Shown here: in pieces, positions 13,622 to 28,133 of the stretch
Layout of the letters: each line of letters starts with the position of its first letter
Position numbering within the stretch: position 1 is the stretch's first letter
Assembly: GCF_009914755.1 (NCBI RefSeq)
Contig: NC_060925.1
Length of the DNA stretch: 64,000 bases
Strand: one strand, 5' to 3'
DNA from: the human T2T-CHM13v2.0 reference genome, Homo sapiens
The notes under the pieces: generated by a model
What the model saw: the letters and a program-made list of their open reading frames with translations, nothing else
What the model was told of the DNA's origin: nothing
The model's database searches: none
Made by a program: the position numbers and the translations under genes

Positions 13622-16016
13622 ATATGGAATCTCAAAGGACCCCAAAGAGCCAAAACAATGTTGAGAAAGAAAAATAACATTATAGGCGTCAGACTCCCTG
13701 ATTTCAAAATATATTACAAAGCAGGAATAATTTAGGCATGTGTTACTGGTTTAGAAATATTGACCAATGGAATGGAATAGAGAGCTCTGAAATAAACCCA
13801 CATATAAATGGCCAAATGCTGTTTGACAAGAGCGCCAAGACTGAACAATGGGGAAAGGATAGTATCTTCAAAAAATGGTGTCAGAAAAAATGGATATTCA
13901 TTGACAAAAGAATTAATTTGGACCTTTACCTCATACCAAGTACAAAAATTACCTCAAAAGTGATTGAAAACTTAAATTCAAGATCTGAAATTATTAAACT
14001 CCTAGAAGAAAACATAGGAGAAAGATTGAAGTCACTGTATTTGACAATAATTTATTGGATATGACACCAAATGTACATACAATAAATTCAAATATAGATA
14101 AATGGGACTACAACAATCTATGGAATGGGAGAAAATAACTGCAAATTATATATCTGATAATGAGTTAATATCTAGTATATATAAGAAATTTCTATAACAA
14201 CAAAAATGAATAACTTGATTAAAAATTGGGCACAGAAATTAAACTGTTTTCCAAGAAGAGATACAAATGTCCAATAAGTGCATGGAAAGATAATCAACAT
14301 CAGAAATCATTAAGGAGATGCAAATTAAAATTACAGTGAGATATCACTTTATGTCCGTCAGGATGGCCACTAACAAAAGAAAAGAAGTGTTGGCAAGGAT
14401 GAACACTTGGCGAGTGTTGACAAGTTGCATTTTTTTGCACTGTTGGTGGGAATGTAAAATAGTGTAGCTACTATGGAAAGCAGTATGGAAAGTCCTAAAA
14501 AAATTGTAAATAATAATAACCATATGATCCAGCAATCCCACTTCTGGTATAGAATCAAAAAGAATTCAAAGCAGAATGTCACAGATATTTGTAAAGCCAT
14601 GTTTTTCATAGCATCATTCAGTATAGCTAAGATGTGAAGAAATTCTCATGTGTAATGACAGATAGATAAATAAAATGTATATAACTACAGTGGAATATTA
14701 TGAAACCTTTAAACTAAGAAAATCCTGTCATATGATTCAACATGAGTGAACCTTGAAAACATTATGCTGAACAAAATAAGTCTGTCACAAAAGGATAAGT
14801 ATTGTATCATTGCATTAATCTGAAGTATCTAATGTAGTCCAAATTATAGAAACAAAAAATAGAATGGAGGTTATCAAGGGCCTCTAGGGAATGGGGTTAG
14901 TGTCTAGAAGATAGGGAGTTTGGTGTTGGAAGTTGAAAAAGTGTTAGACATCTGTTGCACAAAAATGTGAATATATTTAAAACTGAACTGTACACTTAAA
15001 AATGGTTAAGTAAATTTAAGTAACTGAATACATTTTATCATGACAAAATAATTATAAAATAAAAATATATACATAATGCATTACTCTTCATTATGAATAC
15101 CTAATACTCCAATTATTTTTGTCTTGTTGGCTTGCTATTACTCTTTCCATCTATTAAGAACATCCCAAGACTTTTCTGAGTCTGCTAGAATCTGAAAGAT
15201 TACTGTCTTAATTGGCTGGCTAATTTGACAATCACAGACAGTATTCCTGCATTTCAAGTTAGTGAGAAGTAAGATAAGAAAAATCAAGAATTATTTATAT
15301 TTTATTTAAAAGGTAAACATTGCCTATCTATGTCGTTCTTATTTGTGCTGAGTTCTATGGATAAATTTCATCCTACGAGAGGCCTATTTTTCTCACTGAG
15401 ATTTCAGTATAAAGAGGAATAAAAACAATTACATTTCCAATTACAATATAGTATTTGAAAGTATTATGATATGGAAAAGGTGTAGGTATATATACATTCA
15501 GCACTCCTTAGAATGTTTACTGATACCCGAATAACATAGGGAAGTTCACAACATGAAAGGATGGGTAATAGAGAAAATGTTTCCATAGAAAGAGAATATG
15601 CAATGCTCCAGAAGTTAGAAAGTACTTCCAGTTTAGCAAATAGTAATAATCAAATGCTTGGTTGTGTAATTAAAAATATATGTATTAATGAATTAAAAAA
15701 TGAATCCTTCATGATGAGATATTTTTAAATACAATAGTTTTAAACCTGACAGCATAAACTTGAATTTGGATAAGTATTAAAATAAATTTACTAAAGATAT
15801 TAAAATAAATTCTGTTAATGACAACTTTTTTTACAGTAATATAAACTATGAATATCTTTCCACATTGCCTTAGCAAAGCAAAAAAGTAACTAGTGTTCTA
15901 AATCTATTAAAGTAATGATGATTTAGATAATTTTACCAGTACCTAAAGTGTTCTTTAATATCCTAATATGAATTTAAGTGTTGTAATATCTACTGTATTT
16001 TTATTTAATTACGTGG

Positions 16017-16428
16017 TGTTACGAACTTAACTGGGGCTTCCTCCACCCCAAATTTCTATGTTGAAGCCCGAACTCTCAATATGACTGTATTTGGAGACAG
16101 GGACTACAAGGAGAAAATAATAGTTAAATGAAATTATAAGGGTGAGGCTTTAGTTCGATAGGGTGGTCTCCTGATAAGAAGAGAAGACAAGAAAGACACA
16201 AGAGAACTCTGTCCCTCCACACAGATGCAAAGAAGAGCCTTTGGGAAAATACAGCTGGAAGGCAGACATTTGCAGGCCAGGAAGAGAGTTTTTTTTTGCC
16301 AGAAACCAAATCTGATGGCTCTTTGATGTAGAACTTGTAGACTGAAGAACTGTGTGAAAACCAATTTGTATTGTTTAAGCCACCCAGTCTGTGGTATCGT
16401 GTTATGGCAGGCCAAGTAGATTAATACA
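16017..16428 (+). mobile_element. MaLR solo LTR (MLT1A-like)
   Basis: tgttac...ctatgttgaagcc...ttgtttaagccacccagtctgtggtat...taataca. Confidence 0.88.
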
Positions 16429-16580
16429 GATGAAATCATCAAATATTTTCTCTATGATACCAATTCTTTAAAATTGTTTAATTCTTTGAAATTATTTTAA
16501 TTATTTTGAATTGTTAAGAATTGTGGATTACTAAGCAGACACTTCTTGCATGGGTTTAATTTGTATTTTAAATGTTAATA

Positions 16581-17439
16581 CAAATGGTCTCTGATTTATG
16601 ATGGTTTGACTTAAAATATTTGTAATGTTTGATGGTGCAAGGTAGTATGTGTTCAGTAGAAACCATACCTTGAATTTTAAATTTTTATCTTTTCGCAGGC
16701 TAGCCATGAAACAGTATAATACTCTTTTATGCCATGCAGTCATGAGGGTACTCTGTTGCCAGTGTTTTGTGGATATTCAGTTTTGTGTTTTTTGCATCCA
16801 GTCATGTCTAGAAAATGCCCATCTGTGTTTCTTGCTTCTGGTAAAGAAGAAAAGAGGAAGGCAATTACTTTTGAGATAAAGTTTCAAATAATTGCCCAGA
16901 ATGAAGGAAGTAATCCAGTAATAGCCATTGCACACGAGTAGGGACTTGTGCAATCTACACACTCAACCATCTTAAAAAATGAAGAGTGAATCGGTGATGC
17001 AGTGAAATCATCAGTATCAGTTAAATCAATTGTCATCAAGGTGAGTTAGGCCAGTTGATGATACAGACAAATTACTTGCCTCGTGAATAGAAGACGAGAC
17101 ATAGAAGTGTATACTGCTTATCCTACTGACTATCCAGGCTAAGGCAAAAAGTCTTTTTGATATGCTAAAAGAGTGTGCTAATGATCCTGTATATAGGTAA
17201 ATGTGTATTGCAATTTATGAGTAGCTCTAACACATCAAAAGACATAATTTTCATAATGTAAATGTCAGTAGTGAGGCAGCAAGTGCTAATACTGAAGGAA
17301 GTGAAGCACTTTTAAGGTAGCCTAGGCTGAACTATGATATTTGATAGGTCCCGTGTATTAAATGCATTTTTGAGATGATATTTTAAATTGATGATGGATT
17401 TATCAGGACATAACCCAATTGTAAACTGAGGAGCAATTG
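16581..17439. mobile_element. Tigger5/MER47-family DNA transposon with transposase N-terminal remnant
   Basis: Degenerate TIRs (caaatggtctctgatttatgatgg / attgtaaactgaggagcaattg), TA at the left flank; 16804-16990(+) translates to a CENP-B-type HTH interrupted by stops. Confidence 0.82.
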
Positions 17440-17765
17440 CATACATTACTACTAACTCTTGGGTAGTTGTTAATCTTTCTTTGATATTTTTCATCCTTTC
17501 ATCTTTCTGTAATGCATTCTAGATGGTCTTTGAAATACAAACTCTAGTTCACTTGTTCTCTTTATCCCGTTCTAATAAACTTTCCATTTACTTAATAAGT
17601 TCTTTTATCATATTTTTTCTAGTTTATTCTATTTAAAATCCTACCTCTGACAATGTCAGGAAAATAGAATCCAATTTACCTGACCATTTTAAACAAGTGG
17701 AAAAGAGAACAGATATATATAAAACTATATATATAGTTTATAGTTATTGGGCATTGAATGAGTGA

Positions 17766-18168
<403 letters not shown>

Positions 18169-18269
18169 AGATTTGTTCTTTTCAGGAGACAGAGCCTAGA
18201 CTTTTGGTAACACTGAGCTGTTAGAATCTGTGAAGCAGGAAAAAAAAATAGGAGGGAATTACATAGAGT

Positions 18270-18302
<33 letters not shown>

Positions 18303-18371
18303 TCTAAAAATGTTGATAATGGTCTCAGAATATTTTAGTATTTTTTAAAATATTTGCATGTAAGAAAACTA

Positions 18372-18851
<480 letters not shown>

Positions 18852-20032
18852 TCAGAGTAAGACAAAACAACAAAACAAAACAAACTCTTAGCAAGACATG
18901 AAATAGAGTCATCTGGATATTATTTTGTGTGGGGTTACATTGGGTTTACATTGAAAGCTGCTCTCACCCTGCCTTCCTACCCCACAAAAAGAATTACTAG
19001 GCATGCTAAATATATGTCACCTACATCCTGGAGAAAAATTAATCAATAGAAGCATACTCAGATAACAGATGAAAAATTGAGCTGAGCAAGACATTAAATA
19101 AAACAAACATAGGAAAACAACAATATATGTTACCAATACACCCCATATATACAGAAATGTAAAGGAAAGAATGAGCATGTCAGAAAAAAATGTGAAGAAT
19201 TAAAATATTTTCATACAACTTATAAAGATAAAAATACAACATCTAAACAGAAAAAATACACAGTATGCAATTAATAGCATAGTAGAAACTGCAGAAATGA
19301 AACTAGTGAGCATGAGTGAAGCAATAGAAACTATCCAAAATGAACCAAAGATAGAAACAAATATCACACCATTATTAAATTTAAAAATCTTTTTAAGAAA
19401 CCAAAATTCTTGAAAACCTTGAAAGTATCTAGGGCAAAAAATGCATATCATACACAGAACAAAGATGAAATTTACAGACATTTTGAATGAAACAATACAA
19501 GCTACAAGATACTGGAAAATCTCAGAAATTGCTAGAAGAAAAAAGAAAGTCAAGCTAGGATTCTATATCCAATAAAAATACTTTCAAAAACAAAAGCGAA
19601 AATACCTTTTTAGACATACAAAAGCTGAGAAAATGTATTGCTAGCAAAACAGCGTTACAAAAAATAACACAAAGGTAGTTTTTCAGGCAGAAGGAAAATA
19701 ATACTAGATGAGATTTGGGTCTAGAATAAAGAAATGATAAATATATTGATAATTATAAAAGATAAATGGATAATTGACAGTGTGTTATGAGGTTGCAACA
19801 TATACAAGTATACTACAAAATGTATATTAATGTAAAGATTTATACTTGTCCATGGGGTTATTTGAAGGTAGATCATTTAAATACATACTCTGTAAAGCAC
19901 TAAAAAAAACAGAAGACATATGTACAGCTAATAAACTAATAAATAATATAAAATGGAAACAAAAATAATAAATATAAAAGAACGCAAGAAATAAAAGGAG
20001 ACAATTAATAGGACAATTAGAAAACAAATCGT

Positions 20033-20660
<628 letters not shown>

Positions 20661-21949
20661 ATGAGATCAAATAGCTAAACGGCAGACTCAAAGTCAAATA
20701 TCTTGAAAATTATATTAAATTCAAAGTAATATATTTTAGAAATCTTGTCAAATTGGATAAAAAGGTAAGAATTAACATATGTTGTTTACAAAAAACAACT
20801 TTTAATATAAGGATAGAAATATATTGTGCCAACAAAAATGAATAGAGTGCTGAAATGGCTATATTAATATTAAATGAAGTAGATTCCAAGGCATGAAAAA
20901 GTACATGGAATAAATAAGGCATTTCATAAAGATAAATAGATTGTTTTATCAATATAACTGAATTATTCTAAACATTTGTGCATCAAATTGATACCGCTTC
21001 AAAATACATGACATAAATATGATAGAATGACAAGGAAAAATAAAATCAAAATTATAGTTCATTTTATCAATTGATTAAAGAATTAAATCAGTAAGTTTAT
21101 AGAAACTGTGAATGTCATATCGACCTGCTTGACTTAGCAAACCTATGTAGACCAGTTAATAGAATAACATAATATATAAGGTTTTAAAATAAACACAGGA
21201 GTTTTAACAAAATTAACCATATCTTGGGTCATAAGGCATATGTGAATAAGTTTTAAAAGAATTACATAGTAAAAAGTATCCTATCTGATAAAAGTGGAAG
21301 AAAAAAGTATCCAGAATATACCTAAATATTTTGAAATTAAACAAAACATTCTTTATTAACCTATAGATTCAAGAAAGAAATTGGAAAATAAATATAAAGA
21401 GTTAATGAAAATTAAAACAAAATATGTCAAAATAAATGTGTGATACAACTTTAGAGTTCTTAGTGTGAAATTCATATAATTAAATGTTTATATTAGTAAA
21501 GAATAAATGATAAATGACCAATGATTCCACCTTATAAAATTTAAAAAAATAGAACAAATGCAGTCCGAAGCAAAAAGAAAGTAATTCAGAACAGAAATTA
21601 ATAAAATTGAAAACAGCAAAACAATATGGAAAAATTAAAAAAATGCTCACTTTTGGTATGATAAATAAAACTGACAAACCTGTATCAGGTACAAGAAAAA
21701 AAAAAAGGAATGTAAACACACATTTCCAATATCAGAATGAGAAAAGAGAAATTACTACAGATATTACAGATGTTAAGTGGATAATGAGAAATATTATGGA
21801 CAATTCTTTGCCAAAATTATTCAACTTACATATAATTTAAAAATTCTACACAAATTACCAAATTCATTTTTTAGTGATAATAATAGCCCTATTTTCAACT
21901 GTGTCACCTTCAGAAATGTATCCAAACTCGCCATGATTCACTTACTATG

Positions 21950-22075
21950 ATACAGGAATATTAATAGTTCATACACTAGAAGATTGTATGAAGGTTAAAG
22001 GAATTAACACATGGAAAGTCCTTGAAATAGTATCTATCACATAATATGAGTCATGTATGTGTGTCACCATTATTA
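21950..22075 (+). mobile_element. MIR 3' fragment
   Basis: gattgtatgaaggttaaaggaattaacacatggaaagtccttgaaatagtatct. Confidence 0.6.
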
Positions 22076-22373
22076 ATTTCCTTGATTTTAACTTTTTTTT
22101 TTGTTTGTTTTTGGCTTTTAGGGTTTTTTCTTTCAGCTAAGCTGTCCTTTTTAAAATGTGTGAAGTGTTTAATTCAACAATTTCATTATTTCAATAAATT
22201 GTAGTTTAATTATTTGATATAATTTTCCAAAACATTGAAGTCATATATATGAATTAAGACAATCCACCAGAGCATATTATTGACTTTTAATAAACTGTGG
22301 TTGAATAACTGCTAAATTTTTGTATTTTAAGGAAGTCTTCTTTAATATTAAAATTATCTACCAAACCTCACCT

Positions 22374-22822
22374 GATGGATGGAACTAGAGGTTATTATGT
22401 TAGGTGAAATAAGCCTGGCATGGAAAGGCACATAGGGAATGTTCTCACACATGTGAGAGCTTAAAAAAAATGATTTCATGGAATTAGTGAATAGAATTGG
22501 GTTACCAGAGGCTGGGAAGCGTAATAAGTTTGGGGGAAAGAGAAGTAGGTTATTAGGTACAAAAATAGAGGAATAAGTTCTAGTGTTGGCTAGTACAATA
22601 GGGTGACTATAATTAACAATAATGTATTATATATTTTAAAGTCACCAGAAGAGAAGATTTGGGTTTTTCCCAACACAAAGAAATGATATAAACGTTTTAG
22701 GTGATAAATTTTCCGATTACCCAGATTCGATCATTACACACTGTATGCTTGCATCAAAATATCACATGTACCCCACAAATATGTGCAACTACTACATATC
22801 CATAACATTAACAATAAATAAA
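22374..22822 (+). mobile_element. L1MA 3'-end fragment
   Basis: atggatggaactagaggttattatgttaggtgaaataagcc...tcaaaatatcacatgtacccca...aataaataaa. Confidence 0.88.
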
Positions 22823-23130
22823 GAAAACCAAACTTTATGATATTTGTACTTTTCATATCAATTATTTGGGAAAATGCAGTGTTCTACTCTAAATTTAGTA
22901 GCTTTAAAGACAAATTTTGTTTTATCATAATACAGTTTCGGCACATTTGAAAAATAGCAGTGAATATGCATGCTATTGCGTGTTTCTGTCTAAGATGTAA
23001 TGTGCACTCATGTTACTGAAATGCATCTTTTTGCACAGGCTTTGGTAAATGTCAACACCTTCAGCATTTTGTATAATACATACACTGAATATTTTAAAAG
23101 TCCTAATTTATTATTAAAAGCCTACAAACA

Positions 23131-23444
23131 GGCCAGGCACAATGACTCAAGCCTCTCACCCCAACATTTTGAGAGAGCAAGGTGGGAGGATTATTTGAGC
23201 CCAGGAGTTTGAGACCAGCCTGGGAAACATAGTAAGACTCCGTCTCTACAAAAAATTAAAAAAAAAATTATCCAGGCTTGGTGGTGCACACCTATTGTCC
23301 CAGCGTCCCAGCTTCCCAGGTGGCTGAGGTGGGAAGATTGCTTGAGCCCAGGAAGTAAGGCCGCAGTGGGCTGTGATCACACCACTACATTCAGCCTGGG
23401 CAACAGAGTGAGACCCTGTCTCATTAAAAAAAAGAAAAAAAAAA
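23131..23444 (+). mobile_element. AluJ
   Basis: J-type arms; TSD core ctacaaaca at 23122-23130 and 23445-23453. Confidence 0.93.
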
Positions 23445-26081
23445 CTACAAACATCTTATTTCTTAGAAGTAAAAATGAGGATGAATTATTTGGGAGATAT
23501 TAAAAAACATAGAATAAATATAATATATACTATGTATCCTGTCTAATAAATGTATTCAGAATAACCTCATTTTACAAAATGTAAGGTAAAGACAAAAGTA
23601 AGTTTATTGAAGATTGCCTTAATTATTAGTTACAGTGAATTAAATAATGTTTAAAATCAATGTGTTATTTTCCATTAAGTCTTTGGTAATCATTTAGCAT
23701 ATTGAGATGTAATTTGTCAAATGATCCTTAAACAGTATATTTATAGCATGTAGGTCAATATGTGATTGATGTTAAAGTGTCATTAGCTATGGATCATAAC
23801 AGGATCAAATTCATCAGTTTCTTTTTTAAAAAGTGTTTTATATAATTCCCAGGATTTTTTTCTCCTTGTTGTTGTAATTCATATTTTTTTTAAGAATCTC
23901 CTTTTTAATCATTAGGTAGAATAAAATTATTGTGACTTCTTTACCTTCTATTTTAATCTATCAAGTTATTGCATTAACCTGTCTAAGAATGTTCTTTCTC
24001 TCTACTAAACACAAAATTTATTTAACCTTATATTCAGAGAAGATAAAATGCTTTTATAATCCAGTCAAAAATAGTCAATTTATTGGTTCAGTGTACATGT
24101 GTTAAATCCACAGTGTGTTCATTATATGTAGATTTATATCTTCAATTGTAAATTGCTCCTATGAAGTACCTATGTTTAACGATGTGTAAAATGTTCACAG
24201 TATACTGTTTTCGTGGATCTATATTTTAAGTGGCTAGGGTTTTTTTCTGTTGAAGAATAAATCTTTATCCAACAAAACAGAAATATAGCTAGAAGATCTT
24301 ATAAAATCAGTGTTTCCTTTAGAGGAGACATTGTGAGATTTATCTGAATAAGCATTTTATTGTTAGTACCAGTGATAAAGAGTAACTTATCAGGAACAGG
24401 TGCATTTGATTATATGCCAATAGAGTAGAGTTTAAAAAAAATTTATAGACTTTTTTGTTCTTAACATTTAATGCTAGCTGTAATCCTAGATATATAGCTT
24501 TAAAGAAAACACTGAACACTTTTGAAATGTTTATTGAATGGACTGCATTTTATATTCTTGAGTGACAGACACTATCAATATTTTAGTGTGTTTGGTTATT
24601 GACAATATTATCATTTAAATGTGCAAATATGAAAATAAAACTACTATATCCATTTCTTCTTTTCCTCTTGCTCGAAATGAATGAGAGTTAATCACAGTAG
24701 CATTTTTCAATCTAGAAACCACACTATATATGTTGAGGATGAATAGATTACATATTTAGAGTTAATAATTCAAATCATATATGCCTTCATATTCACTGCA
24801 CCCATTTAAACAAAGATGTATAATCACATATGGGTAACATCTTAACGTTACTAATTCAAATATCACATCTTCCCAAACCATCATAATATCGAATCAGAGA
24901 ACAGTATTAAAAGAAGTAAGATAATAAATCCAATATTCTAATTCTGAAAAAAAAAATTTTTTATATTATTTAATTTGTTATCTCATATGTTACCCAATGG
25001 AAAGTAGATGCCACCAATTGAATTTATTACACTATTACATGTCTATATTACCACTATAGACATGGTCAAACCTGAAATACATATCGTTTGAAAAAGATAC
25101 TAATTTGGAGTTTATATACTGTATGAGTCCAATTATATGACTTTCTGGAAAAGCAAAACTATAGATGTGGTACAAATATTGGTAGTATCAAATGATTGAG
25201 GGGAGGAAAAGTAGATTTTAATAGGGAAACACAGGGAATGTTTTAGGGTCATCAACTTTTAACCAGTTGAACAGTGAGATTATCAATATATGACAATATG
25301 CATTTTCCAAAATACATAGAACTGTAGAGAATAAAAGGTTAATGTCAATGCGTGCAAATAATGACAACAACAGCAACAACAAACTAAGGACTTACAAGGT
25401 CAGAGAAATTTCAGACAAAATGAAGAATGAGACAGAGCAATCTAATCATATTGCAAATATATGAAGCAACATCACAAAAAGAGAGGCAGGAAGAAGGTGT
25501 TAATTTAAGTAACTCTGGAAATTAGTCAAGTTTATAAAATTAAAGGTAAAATAAACTGTGCACAAGTCCTGTATTCTGTTTAATAAGGTAATATACCACT
25601 GAAATATGGGATTAACAATTTTGATACTGTTATACAAGCACATTAGAATTGAAAAATTATGTAAATCGGTAGTTAGAAAATTTTCTAGCTTTTGGGGAGT
25701 GGGAGTTTATAGGTAAGCAGAAAAGAAGGTTGGAATGAACCATATTATAATAGATTAAATTTGGACACATCAATATGAACTTATGTTATCTTAATATACA
25801 TACAGATGATTAAACATAGACATATTTATGTGTCTATCTTTATACACAAGTTAATATACACTCAGCATTTTATTTGTTCTGTCAGCTGAGTTTGCCTAGA
25901 AGTAATTTCATTCCAGTAGCAGTGGATACACCTAACATCCATATATTGGATTCCAATATTCTTATCCATTAAAAGGAATCAGGGCTTTTTGACTGGATTC
26001 TAGGAATCAGGGAGTATGTAGAATGAACGATGCAGGATGATTCTGCAGCATCTTTTAGTGCCAGAATATAAGAAAGTGATC

Positions 26082-26929
<848 letters not shown>

Positions 26930-27983
26930 GAAAAACAACACTACAATAATATAATAATGGAATATGTCAAAGGGACATAGGATTCAACTGAAAGAGCTCT
27001 CAATGACTAAAGCTGGAATAAGTTGAGCAAAAAATAAAATAATGTTATTAAAACCCAAATATAAAGTAGATATTCATGAGTTCATATGTATACACATAAA
27101 CTGTTTAATTTTAAAAAAACAGGGGAAAAGAGATACATTTTCTATACAGAAGATTTTGATATATTTTATGAAGAAATGCCACTGAAGTTGGTGGAGCATA
27201 ACTCCCTAGTTTGTAAGTGTAGATTGTTCATAGTGACTCCCTTCAAAAGAGTACAACATGGAAAGGAAAGAAAAAGAGCAATGTTACAGTGGAGGAATGT
27301 GACAGACTCTACCTCATCCAGATAATAAAAGTATACATCAAAACTTATAAGGGAATGTGACAGCATCAAAATGGCAGACTAGAAGCAAGCTGATTTCTCT
27401 ACCATCACCCTACAGAAAAGTAGAGGTCAAAATCTCTGATGAACATTCATGTAAAAATCCTCAATAAAATACTAGCAAATCAAATTTAATAAGACATTAA
27501 AAAGATTATTTGCCATAATCAAATGATATTCATTTCAGGGAGGCAAAGATGGTTCAACATATGCAAATTAACAAATGCAATACATCACATTAACAGAACC
27601 AAGAGCAAAAACCATATGATAATTTCAATAGATGCCGAAAAGCATTGATAAAATTTAACATTCCTTTATAATAAACTTGTTCAATAAACTAAATATACAA
27701 GGAACATACCTCAAGACCATAAACGCCAGATATGACAAACCCACAGCTAACATTATACAAAAGAGAGAAAAACTGAAAACACTTTCTCTAGGATTTGTGA
27801 CAACACAAGAATGATCACTTTCACCACTTTTATTCAACATAATACTGTAAGTCTTTGAGCATTCAAGGGAAGAGAAAGAAACAAAAGACATCTATGTTGG
27901 AAAAGAGGAAGTCAAATTTTCCTTGTTCACAGATGACATCATCTTATATTTTTAAAATGTATACTTGTTCATCTGTGAACAAG

Positions 27984-28011
27984 TGGTGCCCATATGTGGG
28001 GCTCGAACCCA
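27984..28011 (-). other. Fragment matching the 3' end of mature tRNA-Lys(CUU) (retroviral PBS-like on the + strand)
   Basis: + strand TGGTGCCCATATGTGGGGCTCGAACCCA vs tRNA-Lys-CTT complement TGGCGCCCA-ACGTGGGGCTCGAACCCA (two CpG transitions, one insertion). Confidence 0.8.
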
Positions 28012-28083
28012 GCTCAACAAAAAATTTGTTAGAACTGATAAATGAATTCAGTAAACTTGTAGGATAACAAATTATCATTAAAA

Positions 28084-28086
<3 letters not shown>

Positions 28087-28130
<44 letters not shown>
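28087..28130. repeat. (TG)22 microsatellite
   Basis: Direct reading. Confidence 0.98.

Positions 28131-28133
<3 letters not shown>

Noticed and set aside
17722-17739. 18-bp palindrome aaactatatatatagttt
   Set aside because: Mostly a self-complementary (TA)n core; low information.
25038-25064. 10-bp stem catgtctata/tatagacatg
   Set aside because: Within chance expectation for 64 kb of AT-rich DNA; no supporting context.
27984-28011. tRNA-Lys gene
   Set aside because: Only the 3'-terminal ~27 nt are present and include CCA; no cloverleaf or A box.
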